DNA of 64,000 bases from an uncultured Lachnospiraceae bacterium (lineage in GTDB: Bacteria > Bacillota > Clostridia > Christensenellales > UBA1242). Shown here one piece after another: positions 28,344-36,742 of the stretch. The DNA lies in assembly GCA_964646345.1 (NCBI GenBank), contig CAZYDU010000002.1:103961-167960 (forward strand), read 5' to 3'. The notes under the pieces were generated by a model, which did not search any database, was not told the DNA's origin, and saw nothing but the letters and a program-made list of their open reading frames with translations. The position numbers and the translations under genes were made by a program. The first letter of the stretch is position 1, and every line of letters starts with the position of its first letter.

Positions 28344-29999
28344 TTATTCTTTTACATAAATATTTGAGCTATTTGAACTATCGTTTGAGTTATCTTTTTT
28401 AGAATTATCTTCTTTTACTGAAGATGAACTTGAATCTGGTTCATAAGAACCACTATCATAAGATTTAATCAAACTATCAATAATTCCACATAATTTTTCA
28501 GTTGACCATGTGCTAAGTTCACTTTCAGACATACCAACAATTTCAGCAACTTTAGAAATCAAATATGCTCTTTCTTGACCGTTTGAAGCAGCTAATTGTT
28601 GTTTTAATTGTTCTAATGTCTTAAGATTTGCTTGATTTTCGCTATCTAATTGATTGTATTTATTCACAAGTGAATTATAATCTTCTTTTAGCTTTGTATT
28701 TTCAGCAATAGCATTTTTTAATTCTTTGCTTAATTTGTCATATTCTGCTGAACTTGTAGCATTTTTAAGTTGTTCTTGAAGACTAGCAATTTTTGCATCA
28801 GATGCAGTAACTTTTGCTTGTAAATTATCGATTTGTTTTTGCAAGCTAGCATTTTCTTGTTTTAAGCCTTCATTTTCTTTTACAGAAGCTTTATATGTTT
28901 CACTTAATTCTTGATAATCTTCAACTAATTCAGCATATTCGTCAATTTTTTGACTAAGTTGATCTTCAAGTTCTTTATTTTTATTTTGCAATACATTAAT
29001 TTGTGCTTGTAATACTGCAATAGTACCTGCATCAACACCTTGAGAATTGTTAATTTGCTCTTGTAATGTTGCAATAGTAATCAAAGCAGCACTATATTGT
29101 TCTTTAAGTGTCTTGATTTCTGCATCTTTATTCACTACAGATATATTTAAAGATGCAATTTCTTTAACCAACTCAAGATTGCTTGTTTGTAATGAACTAA
29201 TTTCTTCAGTTGCATCATTGAATGAAGCTAATAAAACATCATATTTTTCTTTTTGGGTTTTTAATTGCATACTATAAGATAATTTATCAGCAGCTATAGA
29301 AATAATTTCATCATTAGCTTTATCTAATTCAGTTTGCAATGCATCATATTCTTCTTGTGTTTTTGCATTTGCTAATTGATCTCTCAATTCTTCTATTCTA
29401 GCACTAAGCTCTCCTATTTGCTTAAGTAATTCAGCATTTTCATTTTCTGATTCTTCAAAAGCTGTTGCCATTTGATTATTTTTATGAACGAAATATCCAA
29501 TAGTAGCTCCAGAACCAATAACTAGTGTTACAATTAAAGCACCAGAAATAGCTCTTTTCACAAGATTTGATGGTTTTCCGTTTTTATTGTTATTTTCATA
29601 ACCATTGATAGCCTTTGACATAGTTTCAGCTTGTGAAGCAATATCGTCTAATAACGAAAAATAGTCATTAAATTGATATTCAACACCCTCAGGAGTTGAT
29701 GCACTAGCATATCTATTAGCATATTCAATAGCAAACTTTGTTTTTGCTACATTATATTTTTCACAAATATCAACCCATCTATTTGTAGCACTAACCATAT
29801 TACCTTTGTGCACAAAGCATTTAGAAAGTCTATCAAAATCATTTTTAACTTCAACAAACTTTGATTTTAACATAGGTACAATAGTCGTTACCTTGGCACG
29901 AGTATCATGTTCATTACCACTAAGCTCTCTAAGCAAATGTTCAACTTCTATCATATTGTTATTTAGCTCTTTTAAAGCTCTTGGGTTTACATAAATCAT
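28344..29999 (-). CDS. Membrane-anchored long coiled-coil protein (551 aa), function unknown
   Basis: About 160 aa N-terminal domain, a single TM (AISGALIVTLVIGSGATIGYFV), about 330 aa of heptad-like Q/E/L/K-rich sequence, and a Ser/Asp/Asn-rich tail. Confidence 0.6.
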   Translation of the reverse strand: MIYVNPRALKELNNNMIEVEHLLRELSGNEHDTRAKVTTIVPMLKSKFVEVKNDFDRLSKCFVHKGNMVSATNRWVDICEKYNVAKTKFAIEYANRYASASTPEGVEYQFNDYFSLLDDIASQAETMSKAINGYENNNKNGKPSNLVKRAISGALIVTLVIGSGATIGYFVHKNNQMATAFEESENENAELLKQIGELSARIEELRDQLANAKTQEEYDALQTELDKANDEIISIAADKLSYSMQLKTQKEKYDVLLASFNDATEEISSLQTSNLELVKEIASLNISVVNKDAEIKTLKEQYSAALITIATLQEQINNSQGVDAGTIAVLQAQINVLQNKNKELEDQLSQKIDEYAELVEDYQELSETYKASVKENEGLKQENASLQKQIDNLQAKVTASDAKIASLQEQLKNATSSAEYDKLSKELKNAIAENTKLKEDYNSLVNKYNQLDSENQANLKTLEQLKQQLAASNGQERAYLISKVAEIVGMSESELSTWSTEKLCGIIDSLIKSYDSGSYEPDSSSSSVKEDNSKKDNSNDSSNSSNIYVKE

Positions 30000-30198
30000 A
30001 ATTAATTCTCCTTAATCTTCCTTTGATTTCTCGAATATTTTACCACCTATTAGTCCAAAAATCAATACCTAATCAAAAAAAACTTTAAATTTTTATTTCA
30101 TAACAAAATTTTTTCAAAAACTGCTATAAAATAAACCTAAAATTTCAACTTAAGCATTGATAATTTCAGTAATTTCCCACTTTTTAGTGGTTGGAAAT

Positions 30199-30226
30199 AT
30201 TATAGCATATATAGAGAAAATGTCAA
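30199..30226 (-). promoter_or_regulatory. Near-consensus promoter upstream of the coiled-coil gene
   Basis: On the minus strand: TTGACA (30226-30221), 16-nt spacer, TGC-TATAAT (extended -10, 30207-30199). Confidence 0.55.
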
Positions 30227-30304
30227 TACTTTTTTTAAAAATAATTGTAATTATTTTATAACATTTAAGATGTGGTTTTCTAAGGGCAAATTCAGTATTT
30301 TCTA

Positions 30305-30931
30305 TTAATCATTAAATTCCGATTTATCCACCAATTCTCTGCAAACACGTTTTACTAAATCATAATCAAACCCTTTTCTAAATAAACTCACCTGCATTTT
30401 TTGATAGTCATTATAGTTTGAAATGGTCTTTGTTTTTAGATATTTTTTTGCCTGCAACAAACATAGTTCAAATTCGTTTTCATCTGTTCTATCGCTAATA
30501 ATTTCAAGTACTATGTCAGATGATATACCTTTTAAAGCCAGTTTTTCTTTGAGCATCTTCTTTGATAATTTTGGATAAGAATCCGCAAACTGTTTTGCAA
30601 ACAATTCATCATCAACATAATGATAATCTTCTAGTTTTTCGATTGCTTTTTGCACTACTTCTGCAGAATACCCTTTTTTTGTAAGTTTTTCAGACAATTC
30701 CTTTTTGGAATTCATTCGCCTTGTAAGATAATCTAAGGATTTTTCAAAAGCTGACTTTACTTCACTTTCAATAATCACTTTTTTGAGTTCATCTTCTTCC
30801 ACGATTTTTCCAGGTTTTAGTCCAAAAATTACAGCTGTTTCTTTGTTAAGCCCACAAAAAAAAGAGTCATCAACAAAGATATTGACTCTTGATTTATTTC
30901 TTTGGGATTCAATTTTCGTAATAACCGACAT
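30305..30931 (-). CDS. recX: Recombination regulator RecX
   Basis: Three-repeat helical RecX pattern: ALDYL-like SLDYLTRRMNSKKELSEKLTKKGYSAEVVQKAIEKLEDYHYVDDELFA. Confidence 0.8.
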   Translation of the reverse strand: MSVITKIESQRNKSRVNIFVDDSFFCGLNKETAVIFGLKPGKIVEEDELKKVIIESEVKSAFEKSLDYLTRRMNSKKELSEKLTKKGYSAEVVQKAIEKLEDYHYVDDELFAKQFADSYPKLSKKMLKEKLALKGISSDIVLEIISDRTDENEFELCLLQAKKYLKTKTISNYNDYQKMQVSLFRKGFDYDLVKRVCRELVDKSEFND

Positions 30932-30934
30932 TTT

Positions 30935-31639
30935 CTACTCCAATGTTTTGTATGGAAATTTATAAAAGCCTGTTCCATATTTTTGAATAGAACCTGCACC
31001 ACGAGTTTTTGCACGGATACTAGAAATAACTCTTTCAGAAGACCTAACAGGAACAGCTATTTTAATTACAGGCATAGCTTCATCATTTTTTTGCTCGATA
31101 ATATAAACATTTGAATCGGCAAACAATTTATTCACACTACCATAGTTTTGATATGAAACCTTAATTTCAACTTCGTTACAATAAACCATTTTATACTTTT
31201 TAGCTTCATTCAAAGCACCAACAGCCACGTTATTATAAGCTCTTGTGAGTCTACTCTTTCCTAGTTCCACTCCACCAAAATATCTAACAACAGCGACTAG
31301 TGTATTAGTTAAGTGCATTTGCTTTATAGCTTCATAGATTGGAGCACCTGCAGAACCTGCCGGCTCGCCATCGTCATTATTTTTAGCAACCGAATACGTT
31401 TCACCCAAAACATAAGCATAAGCAACATGCTTTGCAGTTTTATTGCTTTTTTTAAGGTTACCAATAATCATGTGAACATCATCATCACTCTCAACATGGA
31501 AAGCCATACCAATAAATCTAGATTTTTTCATGCTAAGCTCAACAACACTCATTTCTTCAACTGAAGTGTAGTCGTTTTTAATTTCAACCTTTTCTTTACC
31601 TTCTTCTTCATATATGGTATCAACATTCACATAACCCAT
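30935..31639 (-). CDS. yigZ: YigZ/IMPACT family protein (UPF0029)
   Basis: SRFIGMAFHV, DDGEPAGSAGAPI, VAVVRYFGGVELG. Confidence 0.85.
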   Translation of the reverse strand: MGYVNVDTIYEEEGKEKVEIKNDYTSVEEMSVVELSMKKSRFIGMAFHVESDDDVHMIIGNLKKSNKTAKHVAYAYVLGETYSVAKNNDDGEPAGSAGAPIYEAIKQMHLTNTLVAVVRYFGGVELGKSRLTRAYNNVAVGALNEAKKYKMVYCNEVEIKVSYQNYGSVNKLFADSNVYIIEQKNDEAMPVIKIAVPVRSSERVISSIRAKTRGAGSIQKYGTGFYKFPYKTLE

Positions 31640-31731
31640 AAACTAACCACCTAAATTATTCTATATATTAACTATATCATAAAATTTTAAAAATTCAAAA
31701 CATAAATGTTTAATTTGTATAAAATATGGAT

Positions 31732-31761
31732 TGCAATTTCATTTTTTATTATGCTATACTA
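31732..31761 (+). promoter_or_regulatory. Candidate promoter of the NifU-like/GGGtGRT operon
   Basis: TTGCAA (31732-31737), 18-nt spacer, TGC-TATACT (extended -10, 31753-31761). GAGGTG RBS before the ATG at 31798. Confidence 0.45.
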
Positions 31762-31797
31762 AGTTCAGCTTAAAAAGCAAAATTTATGAGGTGAATT

Positions 31798-32493
31798 ATG
31801 ATTAATATTTCTAAACGTGTAGAAAATATGTGCCCCGTAACAAAGGGTGCAAAGCACAAATCAGCCCCAATTCCTGAAGAAGGACAATGGATTACCGCAA
31901 AAGAAATCAAAGACATTTCTGGTTTAACCCATGGTGTTGGTAGATGTGCTCCACAACAAGGTGCTTGCAAACTAACATTGAACGTTAAAAATGGTATCAT
32001 TGAAGAAGCTCTTGTTGAAACAATCGGTTGTTCAGGTATGACCCACTCTGCAGCAATGGCATCTGAAATTTTGGTTGGTAAAACAATCTTGGAAGCATTG
32101 AACACTGACCTTGTTTGTGACGCTATTAACGTTGCAATGCGTGAGTTATTCTTGCAAATTGTTTACGGAAGAACACAATCTGCATTTTCAGACAATGGTC
32201 TTGAAATTGGTGCAGGTATGGACGACCTTGGAAAAGGACTTTGTTCACAAGTTGGCACAAGTTATTCAACAAACCTTAAAGGTGCAAGATACCTTCAAAT
32301 GGCTGAAGGATACATCACAAAACTTGCCTTAGATAACAATAACGAAATCATCGGCTATGAATTTGTTAATATGGGCAAAATGATGGAAGCTATTAAAGCA
32401 GGAACAAGTGCAGACGAAGCACTCAAAGCAAATCTTAAAACTTATGGTAGATATAATGAAGCCGTTAAATATATCGACCCAAGAAAGGAGTAA
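31798..32493 (+). CDS. NifU/IscU N-terminal-like protein, partner of the GGGtGRT protein
   Basis: GACKLTLNVKNGIIEEALVETIGCSGMTHSAAMASEILVGKTILEA matches the IscU scaffold core pattern (Cys..beta hairpin..GC..A.S). Confidence 0.65.
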   Translation: MINISKRVENMCPVTKGAKHKSAPIPEEGQWITAKEIKDISGLTHGVGRCAPQQGACKLTLNVKNGIIEEALVETIGCSGMTHSAAMASEILVGKTILEALNTDLVCDAINVAMRELFLQIVYGRTQSAFSDNGLEIGAGMDDLGKGLCSQVGTSYSTNLKGARYLQMAEGYITKLALDNNNEIIGYEFVNMGKMMEAIKAGTSADEALKANLKTYGRYNEAVKYIDPRKE

Positions 32494-32496
32494 ATT

Positions 32497-33495
32497 ATGG
32501 TAAATTTCGAAGGTAAAGAAAAAAGAGAAGCTTCTATTAATGAGTGTTTAAAACAATATAAAATCAAAGATTTGGAAGAAGCTAGACAAATTTGTTTAGA
32601 TGCTGGTATTGATGTTGAATCAATCGTTCGTGGCATTCAACCAATTTGTTTTGAAAACGCAGTTTGGGCTTATACCCTTGGTACTGCCCTAGCCGTTAAA
32701 CAAAACGTTCAAACCGCTGAAGAAGCTGGAAAATGGATTGGTATTGGTTTGCAAGCATTTTGCGTTCCAGGGTCTGTAGCAGACCACAGAAAAGTCGGTC
32801 TTGGACATGGTAACCTTGCATCAATGCTTTTAAACGAAAAAACAAAATGTTTCTGCTTCTTAGCAGGACATGAAAGTTTCGCCGCCGCTGAAGGTGCTAT
32901 TGGTATCGCTCTTACCGCCAACAAAGTTAGAAAAGAGCCACTTCAAGTTATCTTAAACGGTCTTGGAAAAGATGCTGCTTACATCATTTCTCGTGTAAAT
33001 GGTTTTACCTATGTAAAAACTGAATATGACTACACAAATGCTAAACTCAATATCGTTGAAACCAAAGCATTCTCTACTGGCGACAGAAGCAAAGTTCGTT
33101 GCTATGGTGCTGATGACGTTAACGAAGGCGTTGCAATCATGGAACATGAAAATGTTGACGTATCAATCACAGGTAACTCAACTAACCCAACAAGATTCCA
33201 ACATCCTGTTGCTGGTACATACAAAAAATTATGTACAGAAAAAGGCAAAGCATACTTCTCAGTTGCTTCAGGTGGCGGTACAGGTAGAACCCTTCACCCT
33301 GATAACATGGCAGCAGGTCCAGCAAGCTACGGCATGACTGATACAATGGGAAGAATGCACTCAGATGCACAATTTGCAGGTTCTTCATCAGTTCCAGCAC
33401 ACGTTGACATGATGGGTCTTATCGGCATGGGTAACAACCCAATGGTTGGTGCAACCGTTGCTCTCTGTGTTGCAGTTGAATCAAGAAACAAATAA
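32497..33495 (+). CDS. GGGtGRT family protein (uncharacterised conserved family)
   Basis: Literal SGGGTGRTLHPDN motif (GGGTGRT = nt 33271-33291). 332 aa. Starts 3 nt after the upstream stop. Confidence 0.8.
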   Translation: MVNFEGKEKREASINECLKQYKIKDLEEARQICLDAGIDVESIVRGIQPICFENAVWAYTLGTALAVKQNVQTAEEAGKWIGIGLQAFCVPGSVADHRKVGLGHGNLASMLLNEKTKCFCFLAGHESFAAAEGAIGIALTANKVRKEPLQVILNGLGKDAAYIISRVNGFTYVKTEYDYTNAKLNIVETKAFSTGDRSKVRCYGADDVNEGVAIMEHENVDVSITGNSTNPTRFQHPVAGTYKKLCTEKGKAYFSVASGGGTGRTLHPDNMAAGPASYGMTDTMGRMHSDAQFAGSSSVPAHVDMMGLIGMGNNPMVGATVALCVAVESRNK

Positions 33496-33530
33496 TCAAA
33501 TTTTAATTAATATTTTATTTAAAGAACAAA

Positions 33531-33571
33531 AAACCTTATCATCGGGATTTCCCCACACGATAAGGTTTTTT
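33531..33571 (+). terminator. Terminator after the GGGtGRT gene
   Basis: aaaccttatc / gataaggttt, a 10-bp stem followed by a T-run. Confidence 0.6.
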
Positions 33572-33659
33572 ATTGCTAAATTTTATCCCATCAAAAATGT
33601 AACACCCAGCATTAAAAATTCTCCTTGAAACGAATTATATGTAAATCACACCCATCAGT

Positions 33660-33760
33660 GTCATCTCGAGCGTAGTCGAGAGATCTCTTTAATAATAATT
33701 ACCGCTTTCTACTTAGGAGATTTCTCCATGAGTTCGTTTCACTCACTTAGTCGAAATGAC
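33660..33760. repeat. Head-to-head pair of the dispersed repeat family (short unit + inverted long unit)
   Basis: 33660-33687 gtcatctcgagcgtagtcgagagatctc. 33716-33760 is the reverse complement of gtcatttcgactaagtgagtgaaacgaactcatggagaaatctcc. Confidence 0.85.
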
Positions 33761-33791
33761 ACGGAAAAAATAAATAACAACTCAACTTTAT

Positions 33792-34031
33792 TTAATCCGT
33801 AATGTTTGCTAATTTGAGATAATCACTATTAAAAAATTCTGATAGTTCAATTTCTAATCCTGAACAAATTTCATAAATTGTGCTTAATTTAACGGTTTTT
33901 GTTTCGTTTTTAAGTATAGTGCTAATTGTCGATTGTGGCACACCCGTCATTTTAAATAACTCATATTGTGTAATACCCTTTTCTTTAATAATTTCTTTAA
34001 TCCTTTTTGCAACTGCATCTTTTAATTTCAT
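33792..34031 (-). CDS. XRE-family HTH regulator (79 aa)
   Basis: ITQYELFKMTGVPQSTISTIL HTH and LSEFF tail. Confidence 0.75.
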   Translation of the reverse strand: MKLKDAVAKRIKEIIKEKGITQYELFKMTGVPQSTISTILKNETKTVKLSTIYEICSGLEIELSEFFNSDYLKLANITD

Positions 34032-34089
34032 ATCAAAACCCCATCAAATATTAAGATTTTCTTCCAAAAATATTTGTCATTTTTCTATG

Positions 34090-34332
34090 TTAATTATAAA
34101 CATCATCAATATTATTAAAATAATCACGTGCAAAAAATTCTTGTAATGTTATATTTGCTCCACTACAAATTTTTGTTATTGTTATAACTTTAGGGCACTT
34201 ACTTTTCCCAGACATAAAATCAAATATAGTCGATGGTGTTAAATTTGAATTTAAACAAAGTGACGTTAAGGTTGTTTTATTAATTTCAACTAACTCATTA
34301 ATTCTTTTTCTTAATGCTTCATCAATATTCAT
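34090..34332 (-). CDS. XRE-family HTH regulator (80 aa), paralog of the neighbour
   Basis: Same architecture as the neighbour, with an LQEFF tail. Confidence 0.7.
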   Translation of the reverse strand: MNIDEALRKRINELVEINKTTLTSLCLNSNLTPSTIFDFMSGKSKCPKVITITKICSGANITLQEFFARDYFNNIDDVYN

Positions 34333-34347
34333 ATTTACTCTACTCCG

Positions 34348-34463
34348 TAACGAATTATCGTAAATATTCTAAAATTTTATACATTATCAAGTCTTACGAA
34401 ATATCGTAAACGATTGACGTTTTATCATTTTTTTATTAGTATATATATTACGGAGTATCGTAA
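34348..34463. promoter_or_regulatory. Three spaced palindromic operator-like sites, TTACGA-N4-TCGTAA
   Basis: taacgaattatcgtaa at 34348-34363, ttacgaaatatcgtaa at 34395-34410 (perfect), ttacggagtatcgtaa at 34448-34463 (abuts the ATG at 34466). TTGACG at 34414-34419, then 17 nt, then TAGTAT lies between sites 2 and 3. Confidence 0.55.
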
Positions 34464-34465
34464 AA

Positions 34466-34942
34466 ATGGTAAACTATAAATCATGCTCAGTTTTTGGGCA
34501 TAAAGAAATTAAAATAAACGATGAATTAGTCGACAAATTAAGGAATATTTTTGAAAAGTTAATTCTTCAAGAAAATGTCCACTATTTTTATTTTGGCGGG
34601 CTTGGCGAATTTGACGAACTTTGCCATAAAATTGTAACTGAACTAAAAGTTAAATATCCCGATATCGCTCGTATTTTTTGTCTATATGACCCTAGACATC
34701 AAAAATCAAACAAACGCCCATCTTGGCTTAATAATGAGAATTACGAAGAAATCACCTATTTATATCTTGATTATGACTACTGGTACACAAGAATTTACTA
34801 TCGAAACCAAGAAATAATCAACCGCAGTGATATTGTGTTATTTTATGTTGAGACACGAGAAAATAGCGGTGCTTACAAAGCAATGCAATACGCTATCAAA
34901 AAGAAAAAGCAAGTAATAAATACTTGCCTTCAATTCAATTAA
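34466..34942 (+). CDS. SLOG-fold YpsA-like protein (DUF1273-like)
   Basis: CSVFGHKEI...HYFYFGGLGEFDELCHKIVTELKVKYPDI fits the DUF1273 pattern (GHR..., G.D, elk..yP). Confidence 0.5.
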   Translation: MVNYKSCSVFGHKEIKINDELVDKLRNIFEKLILQENVHYFYFGGLGEFDELCHKIVTELKVKYPDIARIFCLYDPRHQKSNKRPSWLNNENYEEITYLYLDYDYWYTRIYYRNQEIINRSDIVLFYVETRENSGAYKAMQYAIKKKKQVINTCLQFN

Positions 34943-34946
34943 TTAT

Positions 34947-35735
34947 CTACACAATCAACAAACAGCCAAAAGCAACCGCAAACACAAAAACAAATAATCC
35001 AATACCACGCATAAGCCAAAGTTCAAAAAGGGCTTTTCCCCTTGACCTGCAAAGCTGACCTATTGAAAAACAACGTTCCAAAAAAGAAAAGTTTTTTCTC
35101 ATAATTGGAATGGTATGTGGTGTAAAATAATACCCTTTTTTATCAATTAAATAATCACACATCAAAATTTTGCAAGCCAAATTCCAAGTTGGACATTTTC
35201 CTTCACAGATGTATTTACATTGATTTTTTGGACAACACCCTGTTCTCTTTTTCACATCAAAAGCTCGATGTTTAGCACACCTATCTTCCTGAAAATCGCA
35301 CATATCATTAAGCGAATTTTCTTTATCCAAAAATGTAGCTGAATACAAGTAACTTGCTGATAATTTCCTAAAAAATCCAACATTAAACTTAACATCAAGC
35401 ATCGAAACAAGCATATAGTCGTTATTATTCCTTTTCCCTGCTAAATTTGTAGCATAAAATACCCCGTCAAAGCTGATTTTATTTCGCTTTAGCAATTTCA
35501 CAATCTTAACACAAACCGAATATAATTTTATTATTTTTTTGCAGTTTTTCTTTTGTATTTCAATGCTTTCTTGTTTTGTTTTACCATAAAGTCTTTCGTT
35601 TAAATTTAATGCATCTTTATCTAATTCCAGCAATAAATTTTGATTTAAACTTGACTTTAATTTTTTTAAACAATCCTTATTCAAATCAATAACAAAACAT
35701 TTTTTATCCGCTTTTTCACGTATCTCAAATTTCAT
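34947..35735 (-). CDS. Cys-rich hypothetical protein with a C-terminal TM
   Basis: Cys cluster: CDFQEDRCAKHRAFDVKKRTGCCPKNQCKYICEGKCPTWNLACKILMCDY. The ATG at 35735 has AGGAAG upstream. The alternative ATG at 35756 would overlap the upstream gene. Confidence 0.5.
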   Translation of the reverse strand: MKFEIREKADKKCFVIDLNKDCLKKLKSSLNQNLLLELDKDALNLNERLYGKTKQESIEIQKKNCKKIIKLYSVCVKIVKLLKRNKISFDGVFYATNLAGKRNNNDYMLVSMLDVKFNVGFFRKLSASYLYSATFLDKENSLNDMCDFQEDRCAKHRAFDVKKRTGCCPKNQCKYICEGKCPTWNLACKILMCDYLIDKKGYYFTPHTIPIMRKNFSFLERCFSIGQLCRSRGKALFELWLMRGIGLFVFVFAVAFGCLLIV

Positions 35736-35742
35736 AATCTTC

Positions 35743-36684
35743 CTATAAAATTTCATTCACTTTAATCTTTCTAGCTTTTTTGTAAACTTCTTTATTTTTC
35801 TTTGTTATATTTTCCGTAATAACACCATTATTTGTGCATAGCTTAAGCTCAACGAAATTGGTTTTTATAACAGGTCTGCGAATTACCCTTTTTCTTTCAT
35901 TAATTTCGGAAGCACAAGCCAATTTATCAATAAGCAAATAGAAATATTTTTCATCTTCATATGAAAGCTCAGCGTCCTTGGATAGTTTCAATAAACTAGA
36001 CCTTTCAACCCTAGCATAAAATTGGCAATAATCGTTTTTTAAGCCACATTTTTGACTCTCGCAAGGTGCAACAACACTATATCCCCAATCATGAATTATT
36101 TTCTTTAATCTCATAAAATTTTCATAGGTTCTAGGCATTCCAGTATCACAAATCAAGACAAATCTATTGCTTGCATCAATCATTTTTCGCAATGCTTGAA
36201 CCCTTCCTTCTTCATTTAATTCAGAAAAAACGTAGCTAGACATAACTAAATCCGCTTTTGCTTGAAAACAATCTTTTGCAATATCGAATAAGCTAACCTT
36301 TTGTCCTGATTCAAATAAATCGAAAATATCAACCATGTTTTTATCTCGTTCAAACAAGTCAATAGAAACATTGTCAAATAATTCTTTGCAAGCAAAAAAT
36401 CCAGCACCAGTACCAGAACCTAAGTCAATTATTGATTTGATATCACAAATCAAACCCTGCAAAATCAAATCCTGTAAAAGTGTATAATTAACTGCAAAAG
36501 TTGCAGGCATTCTTGATATTGCATACACTTTGCTATCAACATTTGACTCAAAGATACTCTTATTTATCGCTTGATTCGTTTTGTATTTATCTGTTAAATT
36601 TTCTCGTTTCTGAACTAATGTGGATTTATTAAGACCAATAAAGAGTTCATTAATTTTTTCTCTAATCTCTTTTGGCAAAATCAT
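35743..36684 (-). CDS. Rsm22-like class I SAM-dependent methyltransferase
   Basis: IIDLGSGTGAG SAM motif. C-terminal APCESQKCGLKNDYCQFYARVERS Cys motif typical of the Rsm22 family. The ATG at 36684 is preceded by GGGAGA. Confidence 0.65.
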   Translation of the reverse strand: MILPKEIREKINELFIGLNKSTLVQKRENLTDKYKTNQAINKSIFESNVDSKVYAISRMPATFAVNYTLLQDLILQGLICDIKSIIDLGSGTGAGFFACKELFDNVSIDLFERDKNMVDIFDLFESGQKVSLFDIAKDCFQAKADLVMSSYVFSELNEEGRVQALRKMIDASNRFVLICDTGMPRTYENFMRLKKIIHDWGYSVVAPCESQKCGLKNDYCQFYARVERSSLLKLSKDAELSYEDEKYFYLLIDKLACASEINERKRVIRRPVIKTNFVELKLCTNNGVITENITKKNKEVYKKARKIKVNEIL

Positions 36685-36742
36685 ATATTCTCCCATGTTA
36701 TGTCACACATAACACCTTATTTTATCAGCATTTACATTAATT

